A DNA stretch of 64,000 nt from Ferruginibacter sp. (GTDB taxonomy: Bacteria > Bacteroidota > Bacteroidia > Chitinophagales > Chitinophagaceae), in contig JASGKJ010000003.1 of the NCBI GenBank assembly GCA_047600665.1, forward strand, positions 1,794,590 through 1,858,589, read 5' to 3'. Shown in pieces: positions 49,399 to 58,864 of the stretch (position 1 is the first letter of the stretch; each line of letters begins with the position of its first letter). The notes beneath the pieces were generated by a model. That model was not told the origin of the DNA. It saw nothing but the letters and a program-made list of their open reading frames with translations, and did not search any database. A program made the translations under genes and the position numbers.

Positions 49399-50076
49399 TC
49401 ACACCATCATCGCTGCTGCCACAAACTGGCTGCAAACACCCACTATTAACCCGGTGTAAATTTCTTTTGGTGTATGATCACTTACGATCATCCTTGAAGT
49501 ACATACGGCACCCGTAATAAAAAAAGCCAGCGCCAGCGGCCAGGTCATCAGCATGCTGTTCAGCAACATGATCACCAGGAAAATACCGATCAGCCCGCCC
49601 ATACCAATGGCATGCATGCTGATCTTGAAATAGATGTTTGCCAGCAGCGCCGCAGAGGAAGCCAGGAAAACACCAAAGGTAAATGCTGTCAAGATGGATG
49701 GTATCTCGGGCTGGTTGCGGAACACGAGATATGTCCAGAAGAAAAAGATACCACAGGCAATGTATGGTATGATGCGTTCTTTCTGTGTGCGGAGAAAAAT
49801 TGATTTATTGAAACCAAGTGCTTTCAGCAATAACACCGTCAGCAATGGAAAAAACACCATGGTGTAACTCACCCTGATAACGATCCACCATTTTTGTGCT
49901 GCACTGTATCCTGTAAAATAGGACGGGTGTATAAAAGTTAAGAACCAGGTAACATATACCGGGATGAAAAGGGGGTGAAAAATATAAGAGAAAAGATGTG
50001 CTAGTATCCTAATTAGCAAAGGTGAACCATCAGCCCTTATTTCCCCGCTTCCATCTATTGACAATTGAGTATTCAC
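49399..50076 (-). CDS. PAP2-like integral membrane protein
   Basis: About 6-7 TM helices; KISMHAIGMGG and SRMIVSDHTPKEIYTG resemble PAP2 motifs 2 and 3. Confidence 0.65.
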   Translation of the reverse strand: MNTQLSIDGSGEIRADGSPLLIRILAHLFSYIFHPLFIPVYVTWFLTFIHPSYFTGYSAAQKWWIVIRVSYTMVFFPLLTVLLLKALGFNKSIFLRTQKERIIPYIACGIFFFWTYLVFRNQPEIPSILTAFTFGVFLASSAALLANIYFKISMHAIGMGGLIGIFLVIMLLNSMLMTWPLALAFFITGAVCTSRMIVSDHTPKEIYTGLIVGVCSQFVAAAMMV

Positions 50077-50086
50077 TATTGACTAT

Positions 50087-51568
50087 TTACAGTTCTTTCC
50101 GGAGTCTTGCCACAGGTATGTTCAGTTGCTCCCTGTATTTGGCCACCGTTCTGCGGGCAATATTATAACCTTTTTCCTGTAAAAGTTCAGTAAGCCTTTC
50201 ATCACTCAAAGGATTTTTTTTGCTTTCTCCTTCAATAAGATCGCTGAGAATCTTTTTTACTTCCCTTGTGCTTACTTCCTCGCCGCTGTCTGTCTGTAAA
50301 CTTTCACTAAAGAAGAATTTAAGCCGGTAAGTACCAAACTCTGTCTGAACAAACTTACTGTTGGCAACACGGCTTACTGTACTTATATCCAAACTTGTTT
50401 TTTCAGCAATATCTTTCAGGATCATTGGCCGAAGGTCGGTATCATCGCCTGTGAGGAAGAAATTGTATTGATACTCAACTATGGCTTCCATAGTGCTGAG
50501 TAGTGTATGCTGGCGTTGCTTGATAGCATCAATGAACCACTTGGCAGAATCGATCTTTTGTTTGATAAAAAGAATGGCTTCTTTCTGCCGCCTGTCTTTC
50601 TTGGTACTCCTGTCATAATCTTTTAGCATATCCCTGTATCCTTCACTGATACGGAGATCTGGTGCATTACGGCTGTTAAGCGTTACTTCAAGCTTACCGG
50701 CATTATTGGCAACAAAGAAATCGGGTACAATATAGCTCTCTCCCTTACCTGCATCACCCACGTTCCCGCCGGGTTTGGGGTTTAGTTTTACAATTTGTCC
50801 AATGATTGTTCTTAACTGGTCATCGTCAATGTTCAATCCACGCTGGATCTTTTCGTAGTGCTTCTTGGTAAATTCATCAAAATATTTTGCAAGCACTTTA
50901 ATTGCCATTTCCACATCATCGCCCTGCTCCTGTTTTCTTTCCAGTTGAAGCAGTAAACATTCCTGCAGATCCCTGGCACATACACCGGGCGGATCAAACT
51001 GTTGTATCTGTACCACCAGTTCAGCCACTTCCTCTTCTGTTGTCATTACATTCTGGCGGAAAGCAAGATCATTAACGATCGCTCCAAACTCCCGGCGCAG
51101 GTAGCCATCGTCATCCAGGTTACCGATGATCTGTTCAGCCACTTTTTGCTGGTGCTCTGTTAAATTAAGCTGCCCCAGTTGTTCCAGCATCAGTTCATTA
51201 AAACCGGTCTCCACTTTATGTGGAATGGTCTTGTTCTCATCCGCATCAGGATAATTATCATCCCTCATCCTGTAATCTGCAATATCATCATCTCCATCCT
51301 GCACATATTCGCTGATATCTATATTTTCATATTCATCCTCGCTGCCATCCATTTCATATTCCTCCTCCCCGCTTTCAAACTCCTCCGTATTCTCAAATTC
51401 ATCCTTTTCTTCTTCCTGGCCTGCATCCAGTGCAGGGTTCTCTTCCAGTTCTTCTTTTATCCTGTCCTCCAGCTGTGCCGTTGGTATCTGCAACAGCTTC
51501 ATCAGCTGTATTTGCTGGGGCGATAATTTCTGTAATTGTTTTTGATATAGTCCCTGACTTAAAGCCAT
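50087..51568 (-). CDS. rpoN: RNA polymerase sigma-54 factor
   Basis: QKLSPQQIQLMKLLQ region I, STVSRVANSK HTH, and RpoN box ARRTVAKYRE. Confidence 0.98.
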   Translation of the reverse strand: MALSQGLYQKQLQKLSPQQIQLMKLLQIPTAQLEDRIKEELEENPALDAGQEEEKDEFENTEEFESGEEEYEMDGSEDEYENIDISEYVQDGDDDIADYRMRDDNYPDADENKTIPHKVETGFNELMLEQLGQLNLTEHQQKVAEQIIGNLDDDGYLRREFGAIVNDLAFRQNVMTTEEEVAELVVQIQQFDPPGVCARDLQECLLLQLERKQEQGDDVEMAIKVLAKYFDEFTKKHYEKIQRGLNIDDDQLRTIIGQIVKLNPKPGGNVGDAGKGESYIVPDFFVANNAGKLEVTLNSRNAPDLRISEGYRDMLKDYDRSTKKDRRQKEAILFIKQKIDSAKWFIDAIKQRQHTLLSTMEAIVEYQYNFFLTGDDTDLRPMILKDIAEKTSLDISTVSRVANSKFVQTEFGTYRLKFFFSESLQTDSGEEVSTREVKKILSDLIEGESKKNPLSDERLTELLQEKGYNIARRTVAKYREQLNIPVARLRKEL

Positions 51569-51809
51569 ATTTGTTATTAGTATTACCCGGTTTTTAACAA
51601 AAAGGGGTATTTTTTTTCATTTTTTTGTAAAAATTTTTACAGGCTAGCCGCCTCTTTTTTCTAAAACGCTGACTCTTTATAAATATTTTACCCAAAAGTC
51701 TTTAAAACCCTTGCTGCATAACAGTTTTATACGATATGACAGCTTATAATACGATTTAAAAAAGAGTCATCCTGCTGAACCTGTTTAAGGATAACGACGT
51801 AAATTTACA

Positions 51810-52151
51810 GTGTTTGATTTTAGAAAAGTGAATAAAAAACTTAAAATTTTAATTTTCTGCATGATTTTTGTGGCAAAGGGCGTTTTTTGCCAAAAAATCA
51901 GTATAGAAACAGGTCATTTAAACCTGCTTCAACAGGGCTTGCAGCAACAGAAAAAAACATTTGAGTCTGCTAAAATAATTACTGCTAAAAGCCCGGTTTA
52001 TTTTTTACCGCCTAACTTTTACAGTACTCAATTAGGATTTGTTTGTAAGCAGGAATTAAGACTGGATAAGGTTTCAAAACTACGCTTCAGGTTCAGGCTC
52101 GGAAGTGTAGAAGCCTGTGACAGGCTGGAAGGAAAATTTAAGAGGAATTGA
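51810..52151 (+). CDS. Small hypothetical protein (start uncertain)
   Basis: Fills the gap between rpoN and GHL10; hydrophobic N-terminus; C-terminal FYSTQLGFVCKQE...FRFRLGSV..C..LEGK looks like a conserved domain. Confidence 0.55.
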   Translation: MFDFRKVNKKLKILIFCMIFVAKGVFCQKISIETGHLNLLQQGLQQQKKTFESAKIITAKSPVYFLPPNFYSTQLGFVCKQELRLDKVSKLRFRFRLGSVEACDRLEGKFKRN

Positions 52152-53363
52152 TTACTTAATACCAGGCACAACGGCGGGCTCTTTAAAATAATTTTGCCGT
52201 AAAACATCGCTCCAGCCATTGGGGTTCTTTTCAAAACTTTTGCTGCTGAAGAAGATCATCCCCTGTATGTTTGGTGTATTGCGGATCGTTTCCACCTGCC
52301 GTGGAATTTGCGTAACATCACGCCAGGCCGCATTACTGTTGGCTTTGTACAAACCGATACCGATATAACATTGTTTACCGTAAGTATGTTTGCCCCACCA
52401 GTCAACCAATACTTCAAAAGGAGCACGCCGGTGACCAAACTCCCAATAGATCTGTGGCGCCACATAATCTATCCAGCCATTTTTCAGCCATAGTAAAATG
52501 TCTGCGTACAGGTCATCGTAATCCGATTGTGAACCTACAGTATTACTGCCGTTCACAGGATCTTTGTCAATGCTGCGCCACACACCAAAAGGGCTGATAC
52601 CAAAAAGGCAGTCACTGTTTTCGCCTTTTATTGCCCGGTATAATTTGGCAATAATGGAATCTGTATTGCTCCTGCGCCAGTCTGCCTTTTTCATCCCGTT
52701 TCCATATAAACGGAAAGTTGAATCATCGGGAAACTGTTTTCCTTCCAGCGGGTAAGGGTAAAAATAATCGTCAAAATGAATGGCATCAACAGCGTACCTG
52801 TTTACCACATCCTTTACCACTTCTGTTATATATTGCTGTACATCCTTATTACCCGGGTCAAAATATTTTTTATCTCCGTAGTTAACAAACCATTCCGGGT
52901 GCAGCCTGGTAATGTGCAATGGAGATACCAGGTCATTACTGATATTGAATTGCGCCCTGTAGGGATTCATCCACGCATGAAAAACCATTTTGCGTTTGTG
53001 CGTTTCCGTGATCATAAACTCAAGCGGGTCATAATAAGGGGAAGGAGGCTCTCCCTGTATACCTGTCAGCCATTCGCTCCAGGGTTCATATGGAGAAGGG
53101 TAAAATGCATCTGTGCACGGACGGATCTGTACAACCACTGCATTCATGCCATTGCGCTGGTGCATATCCAGCAACTTTGTAAATTCAACCCTTTGTGAAT
53201 CGCTGTTATAATTTCCTTTTGAAGGCCAGTCAATATTATCCACCGTGGCGATCCATACACCACGAAACTCCGCCCTGGCCTGGGCTTTTACATGCTTGCC
53301 GGAAAAAACAATTGCTGTTAAAGCAATAAATACAGGAAAAGATTTACAGAAAGAAAATTTCAT
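52152..53363 (-). CDS. Glycoside hydrolase-like 10 family (GHL10, YddW/DigH-like)
   Basis: EFRGVWIATVDNIDWPS, NAVVVQIRP, HAWMNPYR, AIHFDDYFY, FGISPFG, DYVAPQIYW. Confidence 0.9.
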   Translation of the reverse strand: MKFSFCKSFPVFIALTAIVFSGKHVKAQARAEFRGVWIATVDNIDWPSKGNYNSDSQRVEFTKLLDMHQRNGMNAVVVQIRPCTDAFYPSPYEPWSEWLTGIQGEPPSPYYDPLEFMITETHKRKMVFHAWMNPYRAQFNISNDLVSPLHITRLHPEWFVNYGDKKYFDPGNKDVQQYITEVVKDVVNRYAVDAIHFDDYFYPYPLEGKQFPDDSTFRLYGNGMKKADWRRSNTDSIIAKLYRAIKGENSDCLFGISPFGVWRSIDKDPVNGSNTVGSQSDYDDLYADILLWLKNGWIDYVAPQIYWEFGHRRAPFEVLVDWWGKHTYGKQCYIGIGLYKANSNAAWRDVTQIPRQVETIRNTPNIQGMIFFSSKSFEKNPNGWSDVLRQNYFKEPAVVPGIK

Positions 53364-53372
53364 CGGAACATA

Positions 53373-53822
53373 TCAGGCCTGGCGCACTTTGTCCAGCAGT
53401 TTATTAAGTGTTTTTGCTTCGTTTACGGAGAGCTGCTGCAAGAGGCTCTCTATATCCGTTTCAGACTGGTCCATTTTCTGCAGCAATTTTCTCCCCTTAT
53501 CCGTGATCGTTACATCCACCAGTCTTTTATCTGTTTTACTTGTTACTTTTTTAGCCAGCCCTTTTTTTATCAGCCGGTCAACAATACGGCTGGTGTCACT
53601 CATTTTATCAAGCATACGTTCCCGTATCTGCAATGTTGACAAAGCCGCCGGGCTTCCACGCAAAATCCTCAAAATGTTAAACTGCTGGCTGGTGAGATCT
53701 TCTTTATCAAAAATGGCCTGCAATTTTTCCTTTAGCCAGTTATGCGTATAAATGATATTGATCACCCCTTTTTGATATTCGCTTCGGAAGCTGCGCTGGT
53801 TAATGTCTTTTTCGATGCCCAT
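53373..53822 (-). CDS. MarR family transcriptional regulator
   Basis: LTSQQFNILRILRG, SDTSRIVDRL..KG, DKR.V.V.IT.KG. Confidence 0.92.
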   Translation of the reverse strand: MGIEKDINQRSFRSEYQKGVINIIYTHNWLKEKLQAIFDKEDLTSQQFNILRILRGSPAALSTLQIRERMLDKMSDTSRIVDRLIKKGLAKKVTSKTDKRLVDVTITDKGRKLLQKMDQSETDIESLLQQLSVNEAKTLNKLLDKVRQA

Positions 53823-53878
53823 AATGTTTTCTTTGCCGGTTACTAAATTATGTTACACAATGATAATAAAAACAGGTT

Positions 53879-54908
53879 TTATTCGCTCCACACACTTACG
53901 CCCTCACTGCAATTGGCACAAATGTCAATGTTGCGGCGGCTTTTCATCAGTTCACTGCGAAATTGTTTGTAATTATCATTATGCCAGATCTCTTTAAAAG
54001 ACTGCATCTTTAAATTACCCAGCCGGTGCATAGCATCTTTATCAAAACAACAGGGAACCACCAGGCCATCCCAGGTAATTACATTGGCATGCTGCATTTT
54101 CCAGCAGCGGTTAGCCAGTTTGTTCTTAGCTGAAAAGGTGCCATCATTGTTTTTTTTGTAACGGCTGAATTTATCAATTGTCGGGATAAGGTTGTTAGGA
54201 TCAGTTTCATAGTCATAGACCTGTGCGGTTTTAAAACGGACGTCATCAACGCCCACTTCTTTCGCCAGTCTTTTTATATCTTCTATCTGATGTTCATTAT
54301 GTTTCACCACCAGGAACTGGAAGAATACATAAGGTGTTTTACTCTTTAATTCCCTTTTCCATTTTACTATATTCCTGGCGCCTTCCATCACTTTATTGAT
54401 GTTACCACCCACCCGGTATTGTTTATACACATCCTGCGTAGTCCCGTCGATTGAGATAATAAGCCTGTCCAGACCGCTCTCCACCGTACGCTTTGCATTT
54501 TCATCTGTAAGATAATGTGCATTGGTGCTGGTGGCAGTGTAGATTTTTTTGGGAAGCATATTTTACCATATCCAGGAATGCAGGATTAAGATAGGGCTCC
54601 CCCTGGAAATAAAAAATAAGGTAAAGCAGCTCTTTATGTATCTCGTCGATGGTTTTACTAAAAAAGTCTTTTTCAAGCATTCCTGTTGGCCGGGTAAAAG
54701 CCCTTAAACCACTCGGGCATTCCGGGCAACGCAGGTTGCAACTGGTGGTGGGTTCAAAAGAAATAGAAACAGGATAACCCCATTGAACAGGTTTATTTAA
54801 CAGGCGGCTTGCATAGAAACTGCTGAGCACTTTCACTCCATTCCAAAAACGGGTTGGTGTAAGTTTACTAAGGAGGTTTATACTGTCGTTCCAGTTAAAA
54901 TCGGACAT
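53879..54908 (-). CDS. Radical SAM/SPASM domain protein, frameshifted in an A7 run (54544-54550)
   Basis: CNLRCPEC and QGEPYL in the 5' ORF; STNAHYL, IISIDG and SPASM CWK...PCCFD...CANC in the 3' ORF. Confidence 0.88.
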
Positions 54909-54958
54909 GGCACGAAGTTAACCCATAAAAAGAAATAACTGGTTGAAAGCTTAACCGC

Positions 54959-55669
54959 TTATTTGGGGAGACAATTGATCATTTCCTTTTTAAGTGGCTC
55001 AATTGCCGGGCTTATATAAGGAATATTGAGGTTGAGCCCACGTAATACAAGCAGCATACACATCATTATAACAAATAAGGGCGTCAATTTTTTAAGTTTA
55101 GTCCGGAAAGAAAAAGAAAAATGTTTTCCCAAAATCATAAAGGAGAACATAAGCGGAAAAGTTGCCATACCAAACATAAACATCAGCAAAGCGCCGCCTG
55201 CGGGGGTGCCGGCAGCCATTGCAGAAAAAACAGCAAGATAAACCAGGCCACAGGGAAGCAATCCATTGGCAACTCCAAAGAGGAAATAGGTAATACAGTT
55301 CTTTTTAATAGAAAGCAGCTTAACCAATACCTGTTTCACTTTCAGGTGAAAAGGATTGGAAAAGGAAAATGGTTTTACATAATGTGAAAACCATATAAAC
55401 AGTACCACCGTTCCCAGTAATATGGAAAAAGCCTGCTGGTACCCGTTTACTAAAAAACTATTCCCGATAATACCAGAAAAAAAACCAATAGAAGCGTAAG
55501 TAAAAGCCCTGCCGAGATTATAAAGTGAAACAGCAATCATCCTTGCGGCTGACGAAGAAGAGCTATTTACAGGAAGACTCAATGCTAATGGACCGCACAT
55601 CCCAATGCAGTGAAAGCTCCCCATAAAACCAATGAGCAGACCCGTACTGATGATTGCTGCAATACCCAT
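54959..55669 (-). CDS. Sulfite exporter TauE/SafE (DsbD_2-like) membrane protein; cbb3 assembly factor
   Basis: SFHCIGMCGP, YNLGR, NGLLPCGLVY; last gene of the cco cluster. Confidence 0.88.
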   Translation of the reverse strand: MGIAAIISTGLLIGFMGSFHCIGMCGPLALSLPVNSSSSSAARMIAVSLYNLGRAFTYASIGFFSGIIGNSFLVNGYQQAFSILLGTVVLFIWFSHYVKPFSFSNPFHLKVKQVLVKLLSIKKNCITYFLFGVANGLLPCGLVYLAVFSAMAAGTPAGGALLMFMFGMATFPLMFSFMILGKHFSFSFRTKLKKLTPLFVIMMCMLLVLRGLNLNIPYISPAIEPLKKEMINCLPK

Positions 55670-55675
55670 AACTTA

Positions 55676-56113
55676 TTATTTAATATAAAATGACTCTTCT
55701 GCATAATAAGGAAGAGCATTGCCCGTCCAGTGTACCCGGAATTTATAAGCGCCTTTTACAAATTTTGTTTTTTCAATTAACTGCTGCCCGTTTTTAGCCG
55801 GATGAATATCAACTGTAAAGTCTTTGCTTTTATCAGATGACCGCATTACTTCAATTTTACCTCCGGTAAAATGCTGCAGTGAAACAACCGGGAATGTTAT
55901 AATTATTCCTTCAGGTGATTCCTGTATACTTAATTTTTCCCCAAGCGCATACAGGTTATTTTTTGCATCTATTACTTCCTGGAACTTTAATTCCTTTACA
56001 TAATACCTTTCATCTTCCATTTCATTGGTTTGCTTTGATGCTGTATATACCATAAACAGCATGGCCCCGATAAATACTGTATACGCTAATAATATTTTAT
56101 ATCCCCAGCTCAT
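55676..56113 (-). CDS. ccoH: FixH/CcoH family protein
   Basis: MSWGYKI N-terminal TM helix, YYVKELKFQ; sits downstream of ccoG. Confidence 0.85.
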   Translation of the reverse strand: MSWGYKILLAYTVFIGAMLFMVYTASKQTNEMEDERYYVKELKFQEVIDAKNNLYALGEKLSIQESPEGIIITFPVVSLQHFTGGKIEVMRSSDKSKDFTVDIHPAKNGQQLIEKTKFVKGAYKFRVHWTGNALPYYAEESFYIK

Positions 56114-56120
56114 AAAAAAA

Positions 56121-57524
56121 TTATATAAATGGTCCTAAAAATGTTGTGCTGACTGTTTGAAATTTTTCCTGTGGCCCATACACACCCAGCTTTACTTCCT
56201 GGTTGTGTTTTTTTACATCCCTTTTGTCAAGAATGATAAAAAAGGTGATCTCATTTACTTCTTCAGGTTTTAATACCAGATTGTGCGAACCCACCAGTTG
56301 TATTTGTCCGTGAAAGTTTTCAAGCTTAAGACTAACAGGAATTGCCGCTTTTGTTTTATTAATGATCTTTGCGGTATAGAGGTTACTGTATTTGTTTCCT
56401 GGCATTTCCTGGTATAACTGGCCCTTTGCTCTTGAGATGTAACTGTCAACACTTTTACGTGTAATAATTAACCCGCTCATGAAAAACAGCAACAACAACA
56501 ACAATACACTGTATGCTTTCATCCTTGCATTAAAAACAAAGCGCCTGCCTTTACTGATCTCATTTTCGGATGCATACCGTATTAAACCTGGCGGCTGGTT
56601 TATCTTTTCCATCACATTATTGCAGGCATCAATGCAGGCGGTACACCCAACACAATCCAGTTGCACACCATCACGAATGTCGATACCTGTTGGGCATACC
56701 TGCACGCATTTTTTGCAATCGATACAGTCTCCGTTGGTTTTTACATAGCTTTTCCGAATTATTCCACGGGGCTCTCCTCTTTTGTGATCATAAGAAACCT
56801 GCATGGTATCCTTATCAAACATAACACCCTGCAGTCTCCCGTAAGGACAGATCGTAGTACATACTATTTCCCGTATGTAGGCATATACAGTATAAAAAAT
56901 CAAAGTGAATACAAGCAAGCCGGCAAGCAGGACCAGGTGTTCTGTTACCGGCTCCCGTATTATTTTAAGTAGCTCATCCAGGCCAATTACATAAGACCAA
57001 AAAGCATTTGCTATTAAAAAAGATAACAGGAAGAATAAAACATGTTTTACCACTTTACGTACAATAAAGTCCGTTGAACCACGGTTCTCATTTCGTTTCT
57101 TTTGCTGTGCCGGCGAGCCTTCGATCATCCATTCTATTTTACGGAACACAAACTCCATAAAAACAGTTTGCGGGCAGGCCCAGCCACAAAACAGCCTTCC
57201 ATAAATAACAGTAAACAATGCAATAAAGACAATGAACGTAACCATACCCACGGCAAAAATGAAAAAGTCCTGCGGCCAGAATATCTTGCTGAATAATATA
57301 AATTTTCCTTCTATGAAATTCAGCAGCACGAATGGCATGCCATTTACCTTAATGAATGGTAATATAAAAAAAATTGCTACATAAAAATAAGAGATAACGG
57401 TGCGTAATTTATAAAAACGGCCGGATGGTTTTGTTGCATACACCCACCTGCGTTTACCCTTTTCCGTTACCGTACCAACCCTGTCCCGGAAGGTTTTTGC
57501 CTGTACCAGTTCTCCTGCATCCAT
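56121..57524 (-). CDS. ccoG: Cytochrome c oxidase accessory protein CcoG
   Basis: GRLFCGWACPQTVF, CTTICPYGRLQ, CIDCKKCVQVCP, CVGCTACIDAC. Confidence 0.96.
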   Translation of the reverse strand: MDAGELVQAKTFRDRVGTVTEKGKRRWVYATKPSGRFYKLRTVISYFYVAIFFILPFIKVNGMPFVLLNFIEGKFILFSKIFWPQDFFIFAVGMVTFIVFIALFTVIYGRLFCGWACPQTVFMEFVFRKIEWMIEGSPAQQKKRNENRGSTDFIVRKVVKHVLFFLLSFLIANAFWSYVIGLDELLKIIREPVTEHLVLLAGLLVFTLIFYTVYAYIREIVCTTICPYGRLQGVMFDKDTMQVSYDHKRGEPRGIIRKSYVKTNGDCIDCKKCVQVCPTGIDIRDGVQLDCVGCTACIDACNNVMEKINQPPGLIRYASENEISKGRRFVFNARMKAYSVLLLLLLFFMSGLIITRKSVDSYISRAKGQLYQEMPGNKYSNLYTAKIINKTKAAIPVSLKLENFHGQIQLVGSHNLVLKPEEVNEITFFIILDKRDVKKHNQEVKLGVYGPQEKFQTVSTTFLGPFI

Positions 57525-57530
57525 ACAATA

Positions 57531-58682
57531 CTATTTTGAGGCAATTTTTAAACTGTCTGTTTTTACCACGGCAGAATCTGTTGCCGGGCTTTCTGTATAC
57601 TGTACACCCTGTGCTTCTTTGGCACCTGGCGGATTGCTTCCTTTCAATGATTTTATATAGCTTGTTAGTTGCGCTATTTGCGTTGGCGAAAAATCATCCT
57701 TCCATGATTTCATTCCTTTATCCTGCCAGCCATACTTGATCGATTTAAAAATATCCCTGATGTTACCGCCATGAAGCCAGTATTCATCTGTAAGATTGGG
57801 CCCCACGTTACCCTGCGCCTTATCGCCATGGCAGGCAACACAATTTGACTTGAACACCGCAGCGCCGGCGTCAATATCTGCACCCGCAAGCATTTTCACT
57901 GTATTCTCATCCACGTTGCTGGCCTGGTTCTTTAAATATGCTTCATGTGCAGCCTTTGCTTCTGCCACTTCAATTTCATATTCCTGTACCTGCATCGGTG
58001 CAGATGCTGCCACATGGTAGCGCCACAAATATGCTATCGCAAAAACAATTGATAATGCAAAGGCCAGCTTAAACCACGGTGGTGTAACATTATCGAGTTC
58101 ACGTATACCATCGTAACTATGCCCGGTATCAATATCTGCTTCTTTCTCCATGGGCTTAAAGCTGTTCATCTTTTCCCACAATGTTTTCCAGCGATTGATC
58201 CCTGCTTTTTTCTTCAGAAGTCTTTTTTCATTTTCAAATGCTTCCACGCCGGCGAAATACTTGATCCATTTTGTAAAAAGAAAGATGGCGGACATTTCGA
58301 TAACGATCACCGTTATTAACAACCATTTTAAAAAATCAGATTCTGTAAATGAAACTGCAGGTGCGGCGGCAACAGTTTCCTGGGCAGATGTTGTGCCAAC
58401 ACTGAAGAGCGCCACCAGGAGTAAAACTGATTTTGCAACTATTTCTGCAGCCCTGTTATTTTTAGTTTTATGCTGATGATAGCCTACTGATGCTTTTAAG
58501 GCGCTTGCCATCACTATTAATATTATTGCCAGGAAACCAGCGCATACAAGTAATACGACATTTGGGTTCGTGGAAGATGCTGCAGGGACGGTTTCACCGG
58601 CAACTGCTTTATCCTGTGCTACAGCAATACAGGCGGTTAAAAACAAAAAGGCAGTACAAAATATTTTTTTATAATTTATCAT
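57531..58682 (-). CDS. ccoP: cbb3-type cytochrome c oxidase subunit III-like (CcoP), single haem, extended N-terminus
   Basis: HSYDGIRELDNVTPPWF, CVACH, GPNLTDEYWLHG, GMKSW. Confidence 0.93.
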   Translation of the reverse strand: MINYKKIFCTAFLFLTACIAVAQDKAVAGETVPAASSTNPNVVLLVCAGFLAIILIVMASALKASVGYHQHKTKNNRAAEIVAKSVLLLVALFSVGTTSAQETVAAAPAVSFTESDFLKWLLITVIVIEMSAIFLFTKWIKYFAGVEAFENEKRLLKKKAGINRWKTLWEKMNSFKPMEKEADIDTGHSYDGIRELDNVTPPWFKLAFALSIVFAIAYLWRYHVAASAPMQVQEYEIEVAEAKAAHEAYLKNQASNVDENTVKMLAGADIDAGAAVFKSNCVACHGDKAQGNVGPNLTDEYWLHGGNIRDIFKSIKYGWQDKGMKSWKDDFSPTQIAQLTSYIKSLKGSNPPGAKEAQGVQYTESPATDSAVVKTDSLKIASK

Positions 58683-58690
58683 CGGTATAA

Positions 58691-58858
58691 TTATTTTTCA
58701 TTGTCCAGCGGCAGGTTTTCAATATGTTCAATTATCCGTTTATCTGTGCGGAGCACCCAAAGTGTTACTATTGTAAAAAATGCTACAAATAATAACAGGG
58801 ATATAACAGGGTAAATACTTACACCGGCAATTTTTTCCAGGTAATAGGTAAACTTCAT
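58691..58858 (-). CDS. ccoQ: cbb3 oxidase small subunit (CcoQ-like), 55 aa, missing from the ORF track
   Basis: Manual translation: MKFTYYLEKIAGVSIYPVISLLLFVAFFTIVTLWVLRTDKRIIEHIENLPLDNEK; lies between ccoNO and ccoP. Confidence 0.9.
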   Translation of the reverse strand: MKFTYYLEKIAGVSIYPVISLLLFVAFFTIVTLWVLRTDKRIIEHIENLPLDNEK

Positions 58859-58864
58859 GGTGTT

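Noticed and set aside
53879-54908. Radical SAM/SPASM gene as a RiPP cluster
   Set aside because: No precursor peptide, peptidase or exporter is visible nearby.
54908-54925. TGGCACG resembling a sigma54 -24 box near rpoN
   Set aside because: There is no TTGC -12 element at the right spacing and it points away from the gene. The minus strand has a TAACTTCG -7-like box instead.
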